From an uncultured Lentisphaeraceae bacterium (GTDB lineage: Bacteria; Verrucomicrobiota; Kiritimatiellia; RFP12; DVOR01): a stretch of DNA of 64,000 bases. Position numbers and translations under genes: made by a program. The notes below the pieces were generated by a model, which was not told where the DNA came from, ran no database searches, and saw only the letters and a list, made by a program, of their open reading frames with translations. Position 1 is the stretch's first letter. Each line of letters opens with the position of its first letter. The DNA lies in assembly GCA_949282555.1 (NCBI GenBank), contig CASDPK010000004.1, positions 24,378 through 88,377 of the forward strand. The letters run 5' to 3'. Positions 9,096 through 18,078 of the stretch are shown one piece after another.

Positions 9096-10340
9096 GTGAG
9101 GCGCGCGGCGCTGGCCCTGCTGATGCTTCTTGCGTGTGGCCTCTGCCACGCGCTGACGTACAGCAATGCCTACGCTTCCCCGCGCAATTCCGAGCGTGCC
9201 CGCCGGAGTTCCACACGGTTCATCATCCTGCACACCACCGAAGCGGAGGCAGCCTCGTCCCTTCGCAAGCTGAGCCGCAATGGCGAGGCGCACTATTGTG
9301 TGGATCGCGACGGGAAGGTTTACCGCATCGTTGACCGTTCCCGCGTGGCCTACCATTGCGGCACCAGCATGTGGGCCGGGCGGCGCAACCTCGACGAAGT
9401 CTCCATCGGCATTGAAGTGGTGGGCTACCACGATCGTGCCCTCACCCCCGCGCAATACGCCACCCTGCGCGAACTGGTGCTCACGCTCCAAAAACTCTAT
9501 GGCGTGAAAGACGCCAACGTGATGCCCCACGCGCAAGTGGCCTATGGCACCCCCAATCGCTGGCACCGCAAAAGCCACCGAGGCCGCAAGCGGTGCGGCA
9601 TGGGCTACGCCACGCCCGCCGTGCGCCGTCTGCTCGGGCTGGAGGAGCGTTGGCTCGTGGACCCCGACGTGAAGGCGCGCCGCCTGACGGTGGGGGACGC
9701 CTTCTTGTCCCAAGTGCTTTATGCCAAGAACGGCGACCGCCTCCTGCCCTATCGCCTCCCCTCAACGGCAAAAGCCTCCACGCCCAAAGCGTCTTCGCCG
9801 CCCCCCGCCTCCGGCCCGCGCGAACACGTCATCGGCAAGGGCGAAACGGCGTGGGACGTCGCCCGCGACGCCTACAACGCCGCCTCCACCCTCTACCTCT
9901 TCCCCGACGGACGCCGCCTTTCAGGTGACGCAATCCGCGATTGGGAAGCCATCGTTCCCGGCACGCGCGTGATTTTGGGCGATGCGGATGCCTCCGGCTC
10001 CCCCGTCCAAACCCTCGCGGCCGGTGGGCACCCACGGCGCTTGGTGGGCGATGCCGCCCGCGCGGCCGACACATGGTACATCCGCCCGACGGGCGGCTTC
10101 GTGAGCGGGGCGAAACTCACCGAAAAGGCATTGGGCACGCTCCCGCCCGGGACCAAAATCCTTGTGGGCTACGCCGTGGGTGGCCCCGTAACCAGCCGCC
10201 GCCTGCCATCGCAGATCTGCCCCACCCGCTGGGATGCGCCCGACACCTTCTATCTCATGCCCGGAAAACCGCTCAAGAGCTCCGGGGGAACCGACATGCG
10301 CCGCATTCCCTCCGGCACCCACGTCTTCTATCGGAACTGA
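9096..10340 (+). CDS. N-acetylmuramoyl-L-alanine amidase (Amidase_2/PGRP type), probable lipoprotein
   Basis: Same frame as ORF 8865..10340. GTG at 9096 gives a signal peptide RRAALALLMLLAC (lipobox-like). FIILHTTE...AHYCVDRDGKVYRIV...VAYHCG...SIGIEVVG is typical of the AmpD/PGRP amidase fold. The start codon is uncertain. Confidence 0.75.
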   Translation: MRRAALALLMLLACGLCHALTYSNAYASPRNSERARRSSTRFIILHTTEAEAASSLRKLSRNGEAHYCVDRDGKVYRIVDRSRVAYHCGTSMWAGRRNLDEVSIGIEVVGYHDRALTPAQYATLRELVLTLQKLYGVKDANVMPHAQVAYGTPNRWHRKSHRGRKRCGMGYATPAVRRLLGLEERWLVDPDVKARRLTVGDAFLSQVLYAKNGDRLLPYRLPSTAKASTPKASSPPPASGPREHVIGKGETAWDVARDAYNAASTLYLFPDGRRLSGDAIRDWEAIVPGTRVILGDADASGSPVQTLAAGGHPRRLVGDAARAADTWYIRPTGGFVSGAKLTEKALGTLPPGTKILVGYAVGGPVTSRRLPSQICPTRWDAPDTFYLMPGKPLKSSGGTDMRRIPSGTHVFYRN

Positions 10341-10347
10341 TCCACCC

Positions 10348-11082
10348 ATGCGCACACTCCTCTTCCTCCTCCCGACATTCCTCCTCCTTTCCTTGGCGAC
10401 GGCCGCCGAACTCGACCCCATCGGATGGGGCGTCGTCTCCTCGCCGTCTCCCGATGTCTATGACAAAACCGGAAAGCGTCTGGCCGAAATCAAAGGCGGG
10501 GAACTCTTCACGATCCTCAAAGAAGTTTCCGTCAACAAAGCCCCCGCCTACTACATCGAGCTCCGCCGTCCCAAAAAGCCCCGGTGCATCCTTCCGGGAG
10601 GCGACTGCAAGGTCTTTCTCGAATTGCCCGACGCCTCCGATCCCGATGCCGTCGCCGGCGTGAAGCGCATTCAAACCCTCCTCGCCGACTACTACTCCAC
10701 GTTGGCCCTGCGCGAAACGTTGCTCGACCGCGCCGAAGCCCGCCATCGTGCCGGCTCCCCCGCCGAGAAGCTGGAAAAACTCCGGGACGAGCTGCGCGGC
10801 GTCCCTGCCCGCGACCGCGCCCTTGAGGCCGCCCAAGCCAAAGCCGCCTCCAATGCCGAACGCCTCCGCTATCAGGACGCCCGAAAGGAGCTCCGCTATC
10901 GCACCACCGGCCTTCAGGAAGAGATCCGCCGCACCGAAGCCGCCGCCGCCGAATGGGAGCGCACCCATCCCTTCAATCCCGACGCCGTCCGCAAGAGCGC
11001 CGTTTGGAAAAAGCTCACCCAGCGCCTCCGCACGCTTGAAGAGCAAGTCACCCTTTTCGGCGTCACCCCCGCGAAAGACTGA
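10348..11082 (+). CDS. hypothetical exported protein with coiled-coil C-terminal half
   Basis: ATG at 10348 gives MRTLLFLLPTFLLLSLATAAE (signal peptide). The C-terminal half is rich in heptad-like charged repeats. Confidence 0.6.
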   Translation: MRTLLFLLPTFLLLSLATAAELDPIGWGVVSSPSPDVYDKTGKRLAEIKGGELFTILKEVSVNKAPAYYIELRRPKKPRCILPGGDCKVFLELPDASDPDAVAGVKRIQTLLADYYSTLALRETLLDRAEARHRAGSPAEKLEKLRDELRGVPARDRALEAAQAKAASNAERLRYQDARKELRYRTTGLQEEIRRTEAAAAEWERTHPFNPDAVRKSAVWKKLTQRLRTLEEQVTLFGVTPAKD

Positions 11083-11120
11083 GCCAAGCCTCCCCACGGA
11101 GCATTGATGTCGGGCAGACC

Positions 11121-12707
11121 TTATGAAACGGTCTGCCCGATGGCTTTTTGGAGGCGCCTCCGCATCCGTTCAACACGTTCGGGATGAGCCCCGGCGACAT
11201 TGCGGGTCTCCCGTGGGTCCTCGGCAAGATTGAAAAGTTCCCTGCAGCGGAGTTTCCAGCGATTGTTCTGCAACAGTGTCGGCACGCCCCCGGCGCCGCT
11301 GGCCACCACCGCACGTTCCGGAGGGAAATGCTCCCCTCGAAGCAATGGCAGAAAAGAACAGCCATCCACACCCTTTGGGCAAGGCACACCAAGCATGTCG
11401 GCACACGTCGGCAACACATCGTACATCGCGACAAGATCCTGCACCACCCCTCCGGCACGGGCCATCCCGGGCCAACGAATCGCGAACGGCACACCAATGC
11501 CACCCTGGCGGTTATCCCACTTGAGCCCTCGCAGACCGGCATTCCCATTGAAGACATCGCGAAAATGCTCCGTGTAGTCGTTGGCCTTACCCTTAAGACA
11601 ACGCCCTCCGTGATGCTGGGAAATATACAACTCGTGTCCATTGTCCGAAGCAAAGAGCACCATTGTGGACTCCAAGAGTCCCAACGCCTCCAAGCGTGCC
11701 AAGAGCCGCCCCACCTCCGCATCCAAGCGGCGTACCATCGTGGCATACTCCATTTCCAAATCCGTGAGGCCCTCGGCGGTTGGGGAAGGAGGCGGCTCCA
11801 GCGGTCGCCCGGTGGCATCATCCCAATAGCACAAACGGCGGTTACGCGCACTCACCTCGGGGTCAATCGCAGGCCAAAACGTCTCTTCTGTCGCCCCAAA
11901 TCCCTCGTAACGCCGAGAGGAAGGCGGAATCTGCACCGGTCCATGCGGGAGTGTAGTGGCATAATGCAGGAAAAATGGCCGCCCATCCTGACCTCTTCTG
12001 TCCAGAAACGCCTCAGCCGCGGCAATCAACCGATCCGGGGCGTAGACGGCCTTCCCCGTCATCGTCCAACGTCGGAGACGCTTGGCATACGTTTCGTTCT
12101 CCTCGCTCTTGGCGCCATCCTTATGGGTGTTCCCCTCCAAAACATCGCGAAAAGGTTCGCCGCCTTCCGGCTTAGACCAAAGGAACGGCGGATAAAACCC
12201 GTGACAGGCTTGATGATCCAAATAACCGTAGTACATCTCCCATCCCTGCCGTGCCATTTGGCGGCGCGTGGTTTGGAAGCCATGCCCCAACTTGCCGATT
12301 TGCGCGGTGACATACCCCGCCTCGCGAAACAACTCAGGAAGCGTGCACGCGCCAGGGGGCAAAGGGATATCCGCGGCGTCCGCGGTTGCCTCCGTTTCCT
12401 TGGCCTGACTCACGCGCCAGCGAGGCGGACGATGGGCATCATGAAACCCCGTGAGGAGCGAAGCCCGCGCCGGAGCGCAATACATGCACCCGTGGGCAAA
12501 CGCGAAGGTTGCCCCCTCCTTGAAAATCCGGTCAATGTTCGGAGTGGAAAAATGCTTTTGGCCAAAATGGGAGAGCATTCCTTTGCCCAAATCGTCTGCG
12601 TAGATGAAGAGCACATTCGGCCGCTCGCGCACAGGAAGCGTCTTTCCCAAAGATACGCCGGCCGCCGCACCGATAGCCAACAGGAACTCACGTCGTCTTA
12701 GGTTCAT
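11121..12707 (-). CDS. sulfatase (Cys-type formylglycine-dependent), Tat-signal
   Basis: 528 aa, starting MNLRRREFLLAIGAAAG (twin-arginine signal). It has ADDLG and the C-x-P-x-R motif CAPARASLLTG. Confidence 0.9.
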   Translation of the reverse strand: MNLRRREFLLAIGAAAGVSLGKTLPVRERPNVLFIYADDLGKGMLSHFGQKHFSTPNIDRIFKEGATFAFAHGCMYCAPARASLLTGFHDAHRPPRWRVSQAKETEATADAADIPLPPGACTLPELFREAGYVTAQIGKLGHGFQTTRRQMARQGWEMYYGYLDHQACHGFYPPFLWSKPEGGEPFRDVLEGNTHKDGAKSEENETYAKRLRRWTMTGKAVYAPDRLIAAAEAFLDRRGQDGRPFFLHYATTLPHGPVQIPPSSRRYEGFGATEETFWPAIDPEVSARNRRLCYWDDATGRPLEPPPSPTAEGLTDLEMEYATMVRRLDAEVGRLLARLEALGLLESTMVLFASDNGHELYISQHHGGRCLKGKANDYTEHFRDVFNGNAGLRGLKWDNRQGGIGVPFAIRWPGMARAGGVVQDLVAMYDVLPTCADMLGVPCPKGVDGCSFLPLLRGEHFPPERAVVASGAGGVPTLLQNNRWKLRCRELFNLAEDPRETRNVAGAHPERVERMRRRLQKAIGQTVS

Positions 12708-12815
12708 GCGCCTGAGTATATCACAGGGAGTGCCAAGCCTCCGCCCCTCAAAAAGAGTCTTCCCCGCAACCCTTAAGAAGAACCCTCTTCACCCTCGAAT
12801 CTCTTGCGCCATCAT

Positions 12816-12835
12816 CCCCCCCCCCCCAAAAAAAA
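12816..12835. repeat. homopolymer tract C12 followed by A8
   Basis: Counted directly: C at 12816-12827 and A at 12828-12835. It lies in the divergent spacer between the sulfatase start (12707) and the tRNA promoter. Confidence 0.95.
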
Positions 12836-12884
12836 GTCTCACACTGCGCAAAATCAAAATCTGTGGCCATTTGCATTTTTTCGC

Positions 12885-12913
12885 TTGACCTGCTGGCCCA
12901 GCTATGATATTCT
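12885..12913 (+). promoter_or_regulatory. candidate sigma70-type promoter for the tRNA-Met/tRNA-Asn pair
   Basis: TTGACC (12885-12890), 17-nt spacer, TATTCT (12908-12913), about 19 nt upstream of the tRNA 5' end. Confidence 0.5.
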
Positions 12914-12931
12914 GTGCGGTGTTTTCCACTT

Positions 12932-13007
12932 GGCGGGTTAGCTCAGTTGGTAGAGCAGCGGAATCATAATCCGCGTGTCGGGGGATCGTGACCCTCACCC
13001 GCCACCA
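12932..13007 (+). tRNA. tRNA with CAT anticodon (Met elongator or lysidine-modified Ile2)
   Basis: Manual cloverleaf: acceptor GGCGGGT/ACCCGCC, D arm GCTC-AGTTGGTA-GAGC, anticodon arm GCGGA-ATCATAA-TCCGC, T arm GGGGG-ATCGTGA-CCCTC, encoded CCA. Confidence 0.85.
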
Positions 13008-13026
13008 GTGAAGAAAACGGCCATGT

Positions 13027-13101
13027 TCCGAAGTGGCGCAGCGGTAGCGCAGGTGACTGTTAATCACTTGGTCGCAGGTTCGAATCCTGCCTTCGGAGCC
13101 A
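13027..13101 (+). tRNA. tRNA-Asn (GTT)
   Basis: Acceptor TCCGAAG/CTTCGGA, anticodon loop CTGTTAA, T loop GGTTCGAATCC, encoded CCA. Confidence 0.9.
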
Positions 13102-13106
13102 ATCTT

Positions 13107-13139
13107 ACGCCTCTGGGTGAAAGCCTGGAGGCGTTTTTC
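13107..13139 (+). terminator. rho-independent terminator after the tRNA pair
   Basis: Stem ACGCCTC...GAGGCGT followed by TTTTT. Confidence 0.6.
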
Positions 13140-13188
13140 GTATTCCAAGCCCATATCGTCACAGGAGCCCTCGGCCAGCCCAAGCATC

Positions 13189-13250
13189 GGAAGGCTCCGT
13201 AGCGTGATGTGTGAGGCTCCGTATCTCGCGCTGAGATGCTCCGCACGACA
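13189..13250. repeat. REP-like composite repeat, copy 2 (shorter)
   Basis: GGAAGGCTCCGTAGCGTGATGTGTGAGGCTCCGTATCTCGCGCTGAGATGCTCCGCACG shares the GGCTCCGTATC and GAGATGC modules. Confidence 0.55.
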
Positions 13251-13435
13251 ATCCAAGGCAGAGCGGCCCTCGCGGCAAGACGCGAAAATGCCTTTTTTCT
13301 CCGGAGGGGCAAGTCATTGCACAGTGCATTTCCCACACATCAACATAAAAGCATAACGCTATTGCACGGGAGGGAAGGGCATGGTATCATAGATGCGATG
13401 ATTGTTTGCTGACCCATTCAGAAAGGTAGCCAAAG

Positions 13436-14437
13436 ATGATGCGGAATGCGATGATGGCCGTGGCGCTGAGTTCTCTGCTCGGGGCTGGAGTGGTGTGCGC
13501 GCAGGATGCCCAAGAGCCTAAACCGACGCGTTTCGACGCGATGGTCCGCGTTATGGATCTTGAGCATGGCACGGTGACTGTCACGAAGCCCGGACAGGCT
13601 GCCGAGAAGGCCGTTTCCTACAAGGCTTATCCGTATGGGACGCGCTTTGAGGTCAGCGACGGGGCCAAATTCCGCATGATGTTTTCCGATTTCACGTATG
13701 CGGTGATCAAAGGGCCTGCGGTTTTTGTTCCCCGGGCCTCGGACGAATGGCGCAAGATTGCGGTGGAAGTGACGCGCGGCGACATGAATTTCTTCGTGGA
13801 GCAGCATGCGCAGCCGGGTCAGTTCACGTTGGTGACGCCGCTCGGCACCTTCACCTCCCTGCAGGGCATGTCCAAGCTTCATGTGGGGGATGTTGCCAAG
13901 GGCACCGTCACCGAAGAGGATTTCTCCTTCCGCACGCTTTCCGGAAATGCCGTCTACGAAGGATTGCATTACAAGATGACGGGCATGACCCAGGCCAACG
14001 CCTTCGTCTCCGCCGATGCCAAGGGCATGGTCTCCACCGAGCTCACCGGAAAGTTGGGCGAAGTGAAGATGGAAATCCCTGCCGGCAACGGCAAGGCCAC
14101 CGATTTCTCGCTCACCCCGGGAGCCACGGTCAAGATCACCCGCGCCAAGCCCAAAGGCTCCGACAATTGGGTGGTCTCCGTGCTCACGCTCTATGCCAAC
14201 GGTGAGGCCAAGAACTACTTCTGTTACGTCGAGAACCGCGGTGAGGGCTATGCCACCGGTGAACTCATCGCCGAAGTGCTCCCTGAGGAAAAAGATCCTG
14301 AGGCGTCCGAAGACGCGGCCACCGACGAAACGCAAGACAACGCACAAGGCGGCGCCGCCGCCCAGCCGGAAGAGAACGGCGGCGCTCTGCCGACCATTCC
14401 CGACGAGCTGGAAAGCTTCGGCGACGACCTTCTGTAA
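13436..14437 (+). CDS. hypothetical exported protein with acidic C-terminal tail
   Basis: MMRNAMMAVALSSLLGAGVVCAQDAQ is a signal peptide. Codon usage is consistent with the genome. I recognise no family. Confidence 0.7.
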   Translation: MMRNAMMAVALSSLLGAGVVCAQDAQEPKPTRFDAMVRVMDLEHGTVTVTKPGQAAEKAVSYKAYPYGTRFEVSDGAKFRMMFSDFTYAVIKGPAVFVPRASDEWRKIAVEVTRGDMNFFVEQHAQPGQFTLVTPLGTFTSLQGMSKLHVGDVAKGTVTEEDFSFRTLSGNAVYEGLHYKMTGMTQANAFVSADAKGMVSTELTGKLGEVKMEIPAGNGKATDFSLTPGATVKITRAKPKGSDNWVVSVLTLYANGEAKNYFCYVENRGEGYATGELIAEVLPEEKDPEASEDAATDETQDNAQGGAAAQPEENGGALPTIPDELESFGDDLL

Positions 14438-14465
14438 TCCCTAACGCAACCCCCTCAAAAACACA

Positions 14466-16142
14466 ATGTTCATCTATCATTTTTCCCGCCTCATCAAAAG
14501 CAAACTGCTGTGGGGCTTTCTCGCCCTGTTGATGGTGTTCGCCTTTGTGGTCATGGATTCTTGCAGCGGAAGCGCCCCCACGGGGCAGGCGCTGGGCTAT
14601 CTCAACGGGGAAGCCGTGGGCCAGAGCCTCCACTCCGATGCCACCCAAACCTCCGTCATGCTCAGCGGCCAGGCTGCCTACTATCTCCCGCGTCAGGCGC
14701 AGGTCTTTGCCGCGCTGTTGCGTGAGGAAAACGCCGGAGCCAACGATTGGGCCACCCGCCGCCGTGAAACGTGGAAGATCCTTGCGGCCCGCGCCGTTGC
14801 GGATCGCCAAGGTCTCGCCGTCGGCCAGGCGGCGGCCGTTCCGGTGCTCGAAATGGCCTTCGCCGGACCTGATGGCGCCTTCAATCCCCAGCTCTACCGC
14901 GCGTTCCTCGCCGCCAACAATTATCAGGTGCCGAAACTCTTCGAGGACACGTTCGCCAACGTGTGGTTGCCCTCGCAGGCCATCACGCTTGCGGTGTTCA
15001 ACTCCGTGGGCTGGGTTTCGCCGATGGAGCAGGACTTCGCGCTTTCCGCGACGTATGACACCACCGTGGCCTATGCCGCCACGCTCAAGAACACGTTGAA
15101 GGCCGAAACGATTGAGGTCTCCGACGCGGATCTCCAGGCGTGGTACGATGCCCATCAGGATGACTATGCGTTGCCGGAACAGCGCCGCGTGGAAACCGTT
15201 GAGGTGCCCCTCAAGGCCTTCGCCGACAAGATCAAGGTCGAGGAGATGGACGCCATGCAGTACTATGACGACCACTCCGAGGAATTCCGCGGCACGGGAA
15301 CCAACGCCACCAAGACCCTCCCCTTTGAGGAAGTGAAGGACAAGGCCATCGCCAAGGTCCGTGACCTTCGTGCCTTGGAAGAAGCGCTCGTCTTCGCCAA
15401 CGAAACGCTGGTGCCCAAGGCTCAGACGAAGGGCTTCGCCGAGGCCGCCAAGGGCTATGGAGAGCCCAAGACGACGACGCTCCGTCAGGATCGCCCCTTC
15501 GGCTTCCAGAATGCCGGTGAGTTCTTCTCGGCCATCTTTGAGATGGATCCCGAGGAAACGCCCCTCAATGCCATTCCCGGCACCGATCGCGTTTACCTTG
15601 CGCGCCTCGTGGAAATCATTCCGGAGCACATCGCGCCGTTGGCCGAGGTGAAGGAGCGCGTGCGCGGGGATGTCCGCCGCGATCGCTTGGCTCAGCGTCT
15701 CAAGACCAATGGTGAGACCCTCCGCAATCTCCTTCAAGGTGAGCTCGCCAAGGGAACCGCCTTTGACAAAGCCGTCGCCGCCTGCAAGACCGATGGCCTC
15801 ACGGCGACCACCGCGATGACTTTCACGCTCAGCGAGGCCGCTCAGGTGCAGATTCCCCACCGCAACGAGATCTTCGAGGCGGTCTCTCTCCTCGGGGAGA
15901 AGGGACTTTCCCAGCCCATCGTGACCCCCGCCAACGAGCTCCTGCTGGTCTACGTGGCCGAACGTCGTCCGGGGGATGCGCTGGCGAAGGCAACCGCCAA
16001 GACTCGTTTGGCTCAAAGCCTTGGGTTCGGCTCCGCCTTCCAGCTCACGTCGGACTGGCTGAATTGGAACCTTGATCGCGATCCACCCGTGACGGCCGAT
16101 GGCGTGCCCGTTCTCGCCGAGGATTTGGAGATAACGGAGTAA
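14466..16142 (+). CDS. PpiD/SurA-N-like periplasmic chaperone (membrane-anchored)
   Basis: 558 aa, with an N-terminal anchor LLWGFLALLMVFAFVV followed by architecture that resembles PpiD. No clear PPIase catalytic signature was seen. Confidence 0.6.
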   Translation: MFIYHFSRLIKSKLLWGFLALLMVFAFVVMDSCSGSAPTGQALGYLNGEAVGQSLHSDATQTSVMLSGQAAYYLPRQAQVFAALLREENAGANDWATRRRETWKILAARAVADRQGLAVGQAAAVPVLEMAFAGPDGAFNPQLYRAFLAANNYQVPKLFEDTFANVWLPSQAITLAVFNSVGWVSPMEQDFALSATYDTTVAYAATLKNTLKAETIEVSDADLQAWYDAHQDDYALPEQRRVETVEVPLKAFADKIKVEEMDAMQYYDDHSEEFRGTGTNATKTLPFEEVKDKAIAKVRDLRALEEALVFANETLVPKAQTKGFAEAAKGYGEPKTTTLRQDRPFGFQNAGEFFSAIFEMDPEETPLNAIPGTDRVYLARLVEIIPEHIAPLAEVKERVRGDVRRDRLAQRLKTNGETLRNLLQGELAKGTAFDKAVAACKTDGLTATTAMTFTLSEAAQVQIPHRNEIFEAVSLLGEKGLSQPIVTPANELLLVYVAERRPGDALAKATAKTRLAQSLGFGSAFQLTSDWLNWNLDRDPPVTADGVPVLAEDLEITE

Positions 16143-16177
16143 TCTCCGAGCTTCCCCTTCCCCATTCATTCGGAAAA

Positions 16178-16208
16178 GCGACGCCCCGGAAAGGGGCGTC
16201 GCTTTTTT
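16178..16208. terminator. bidirectional rho-independent terminator between convergent genes
   Basis: AAAAGCGACGCCCC-GGAAA-GGGGCGTCGCTTTTTT: a perfect 10-bp GC-rich stem flanked by an A-run and a T-run. Confidence 0.85.
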
Positions 16209-16271
16209 GGAGATTTGTATGGATGCCACGCATCCCCTCTCCCTGTCGGCCAAAGGGCACAAGGAGCTTAT

Positions 16272-18062
16272 TCAACGGAGATAGGTGATCAGGCGCCGCC
16301 GACACTTTACGGAGCCCTGAAGCCCCCCGGCGGCCTCAATTTCGGCCCGCCACACATCGACATGATCGGCGTCGGGGACCTCCTGCGGATCGGGCGTTGG
16401 GAGCACTTCAATCTGAGCCTTCTCACGACACGGAAGATAATCTTGCCAATGGACGGGGACCTCGTGGATTCTCCCATCCCCTCCGCGAACGGAAACCCGA
16501 TCAACCCTGTCGACCGTACGGAACCCATGCGCTGTGACGATCATCGTTCCGCCCCCATCGTCCTCACGGTTCGCATGGAACGACGTTTTCAGAATCACCT
16601 CCGTGGCAAACCGTTCGGAATGGCCAAAGCAAACGTTCGCATAGTCATTGGCAATCGCCTCCTGCTCCCATGGCGCCGGAGTTCGGCGGGTGATGGCGGC
16701 AAAAGGGGTCCTCTGAGAGCGGAGCTGCCGATAAAGGGGAATCAGCAGCAACGGGGCAAAAGCGAAATAGATTCCCTTGAAATAGGCCGCATGAAGCGAA
16801 AGGAAGCGTTGGCGGACAACGGAAAGATCAAAATGGCGAATGCTTGCAGGATCAAGCAACGGCGAAAGTTCCTCAAGATGCTTGGCGGCGATGACGTTGA
16901 TCTTGCCCTTTTTGACAAACACGAAGTCATCGCCAAACCCAATCTTGCCATCGTTGAGGAGCTCAACCATCCGTTGTTGGGCCAATGGCGTGAACAACAG
17001 GCGGAAAGCCCGTTCATCGGAACGATCCGGTGCGTGAAAAAGCGTTTCAAAGTCCCGGTTGGCCATCAGGGTGAATTGTGATTCGTCGGTCAAATCTTTG
17101 GCGAACGCCTCAAGGCGCGTCCGCGCCCGCCATTTCCGGAACCGCGCGACCACTCCCGGGCGCTGCCCGGCATAACCGGTGGGGCCTCGGGAAAAGCACA
17201 AATTCGGCGCGGCATCGTTTGCATAAACAAGGCGTGTTTCGGAGGAATATTCCGGGATGGGCTTGCGGACGCTGGCCGTAAGCACTTGCGAACGGGTGAC
17301 CGTCCTGAGATGTCCTTTGGAATCCCGCACACGCTCCGTCCAAAAAATCGTCTTCGTCCCGGTATAAACGCGCGTTCCCCAAGTCTGGCGGCGAATCTCC
17401 GCGAAAAGGTAAGGATTCCCGTTGATCTCACCGCTTTGGACACATCGCGCAGAGCACGTTTCGTCCAACGTCCCGTCCCAGCCAAACGCTGTGGACAGTT
17501 CCTCCGCACGGCCAAGGGTGAAATAGGCATCCGGCTCCAGCAACGGAAGCACCTTCCGTAGTAGTTCGGTCGGTTGCTCCCAATCAATCAAGCGGTTGAG
17601 CGGCCGCGCCTGTTCCCATGCCAAGCGTTCACACGCACCGGCCTTGCTCTCGGCGTCGGCAATGCACGCATCGAGCATCGTGCCCCGACGCTTGAGCGGA
17701 ATCATCGAAACGCCCCCAACCACTGTGGCAAGCACTCCGGCAAGGCCCATCCATGGGAAGCGTTCCGCCAGTTCGGGAGCGATGTTTCCATATCGAAGGA
17801 CGAGCGCCCCCACCCCACTCACCACCAAACAGAATGAAAGCACAAACAGGAATGTCGTCGCTTTTCGATGCTTGCGGAGTCTGCAGAGCCGGGCCAGCAG
17901 CCCCTTCAGGCGAAGGACGGTGGCATGGTTTTGCCGAAGGTCGACCCCCGAACGCTTGAGCAACGCATTGAAGCACGCGCACACCGCCTCGGCATGTTCC
18001 CTCCGAAGACGGCCGGCATATTGCCGAAGCGGATCCTCAAACGCATCGGGGACGGTTGTCAT
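16272..18062 (-). CDS. membrane protein, DUF3137-like
   Basis: 596 aa, with ATG at 18062, 16 nt after the LemA stop. It has two TM segments (FLFVLSFCLVVSGVGALVL and GLAGVLATVVGGVSMI). NRDFETLFHAPDRSDERAFRLLFTPLAQQRMVELL matches the FET-motif region I recall for DUF3137. Confidence 0.6.
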   Translation of the reverse strand: MTTVPDAFEDPLRQYAGRLRREHAEAVCACFNALLKRSGVDLRQNHATVLRLKGLLARLCRLRKHRKATTFLFVLSFCLVVSGVGALVLRYGNIAPELAERFPWMGLAGVLATVVGGVSMIPLKRRGTMLDACIADAESKAGACERLAWEQARPLNRLIDWEQPTELLRKVLPLLEPDAYFTLGRAEELSTAFGWDGTLDETCSARCVQSGEINGNPYLFAEIRRQTWGTRVYTGTKTIFWTERVRDSKGHLRTVTRSQVLTASVRKPIPEYSSETRLVYANDAAPNLCFSRGPTGYAGQRPGVVARFRKWRARTRLEAFAKDLTDESQFTLMANRDFETLFHAPDRSDERAFRLLFTPLAQQRMVELLNDGKIGFGDDFVFVKKGKINVIAAKHLEELSPLLDPASIRHFDLSVVRQRFLSLHAAYFKGIYFAFAPLLLIPLYRQLRSQRTPFAAITRRTPAPWEQEAIANDYANVCFGHSERFATEVILKTSFHANREDDGGGTMIVTAHGFRTVDRVDRVSVRGGDGRIHEVPVHWQDYLPCREKAQIEVLPTPDPQEVPDADHVDVWRAEIEAAGGLQGSVKCRRRLITYLR

Positions 18063-18078
18063 CCCAGTGTCCCGCTAC

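Noticed and set aside
11148-12701. 517-aa plus-strand ORF
   Set aside because: It is antisense to the sulfatase gene, which has the Tat signal and C-x-P-x-R motif.
14265-16262. 665-aa minus-strand ORF
   Set aside because: It is antisense to the PpiD-like gene and the preceding exported-protein gene. The translation is Gly/Arg/Leu-rich without domains, and it crosses the bidirectional terminator.
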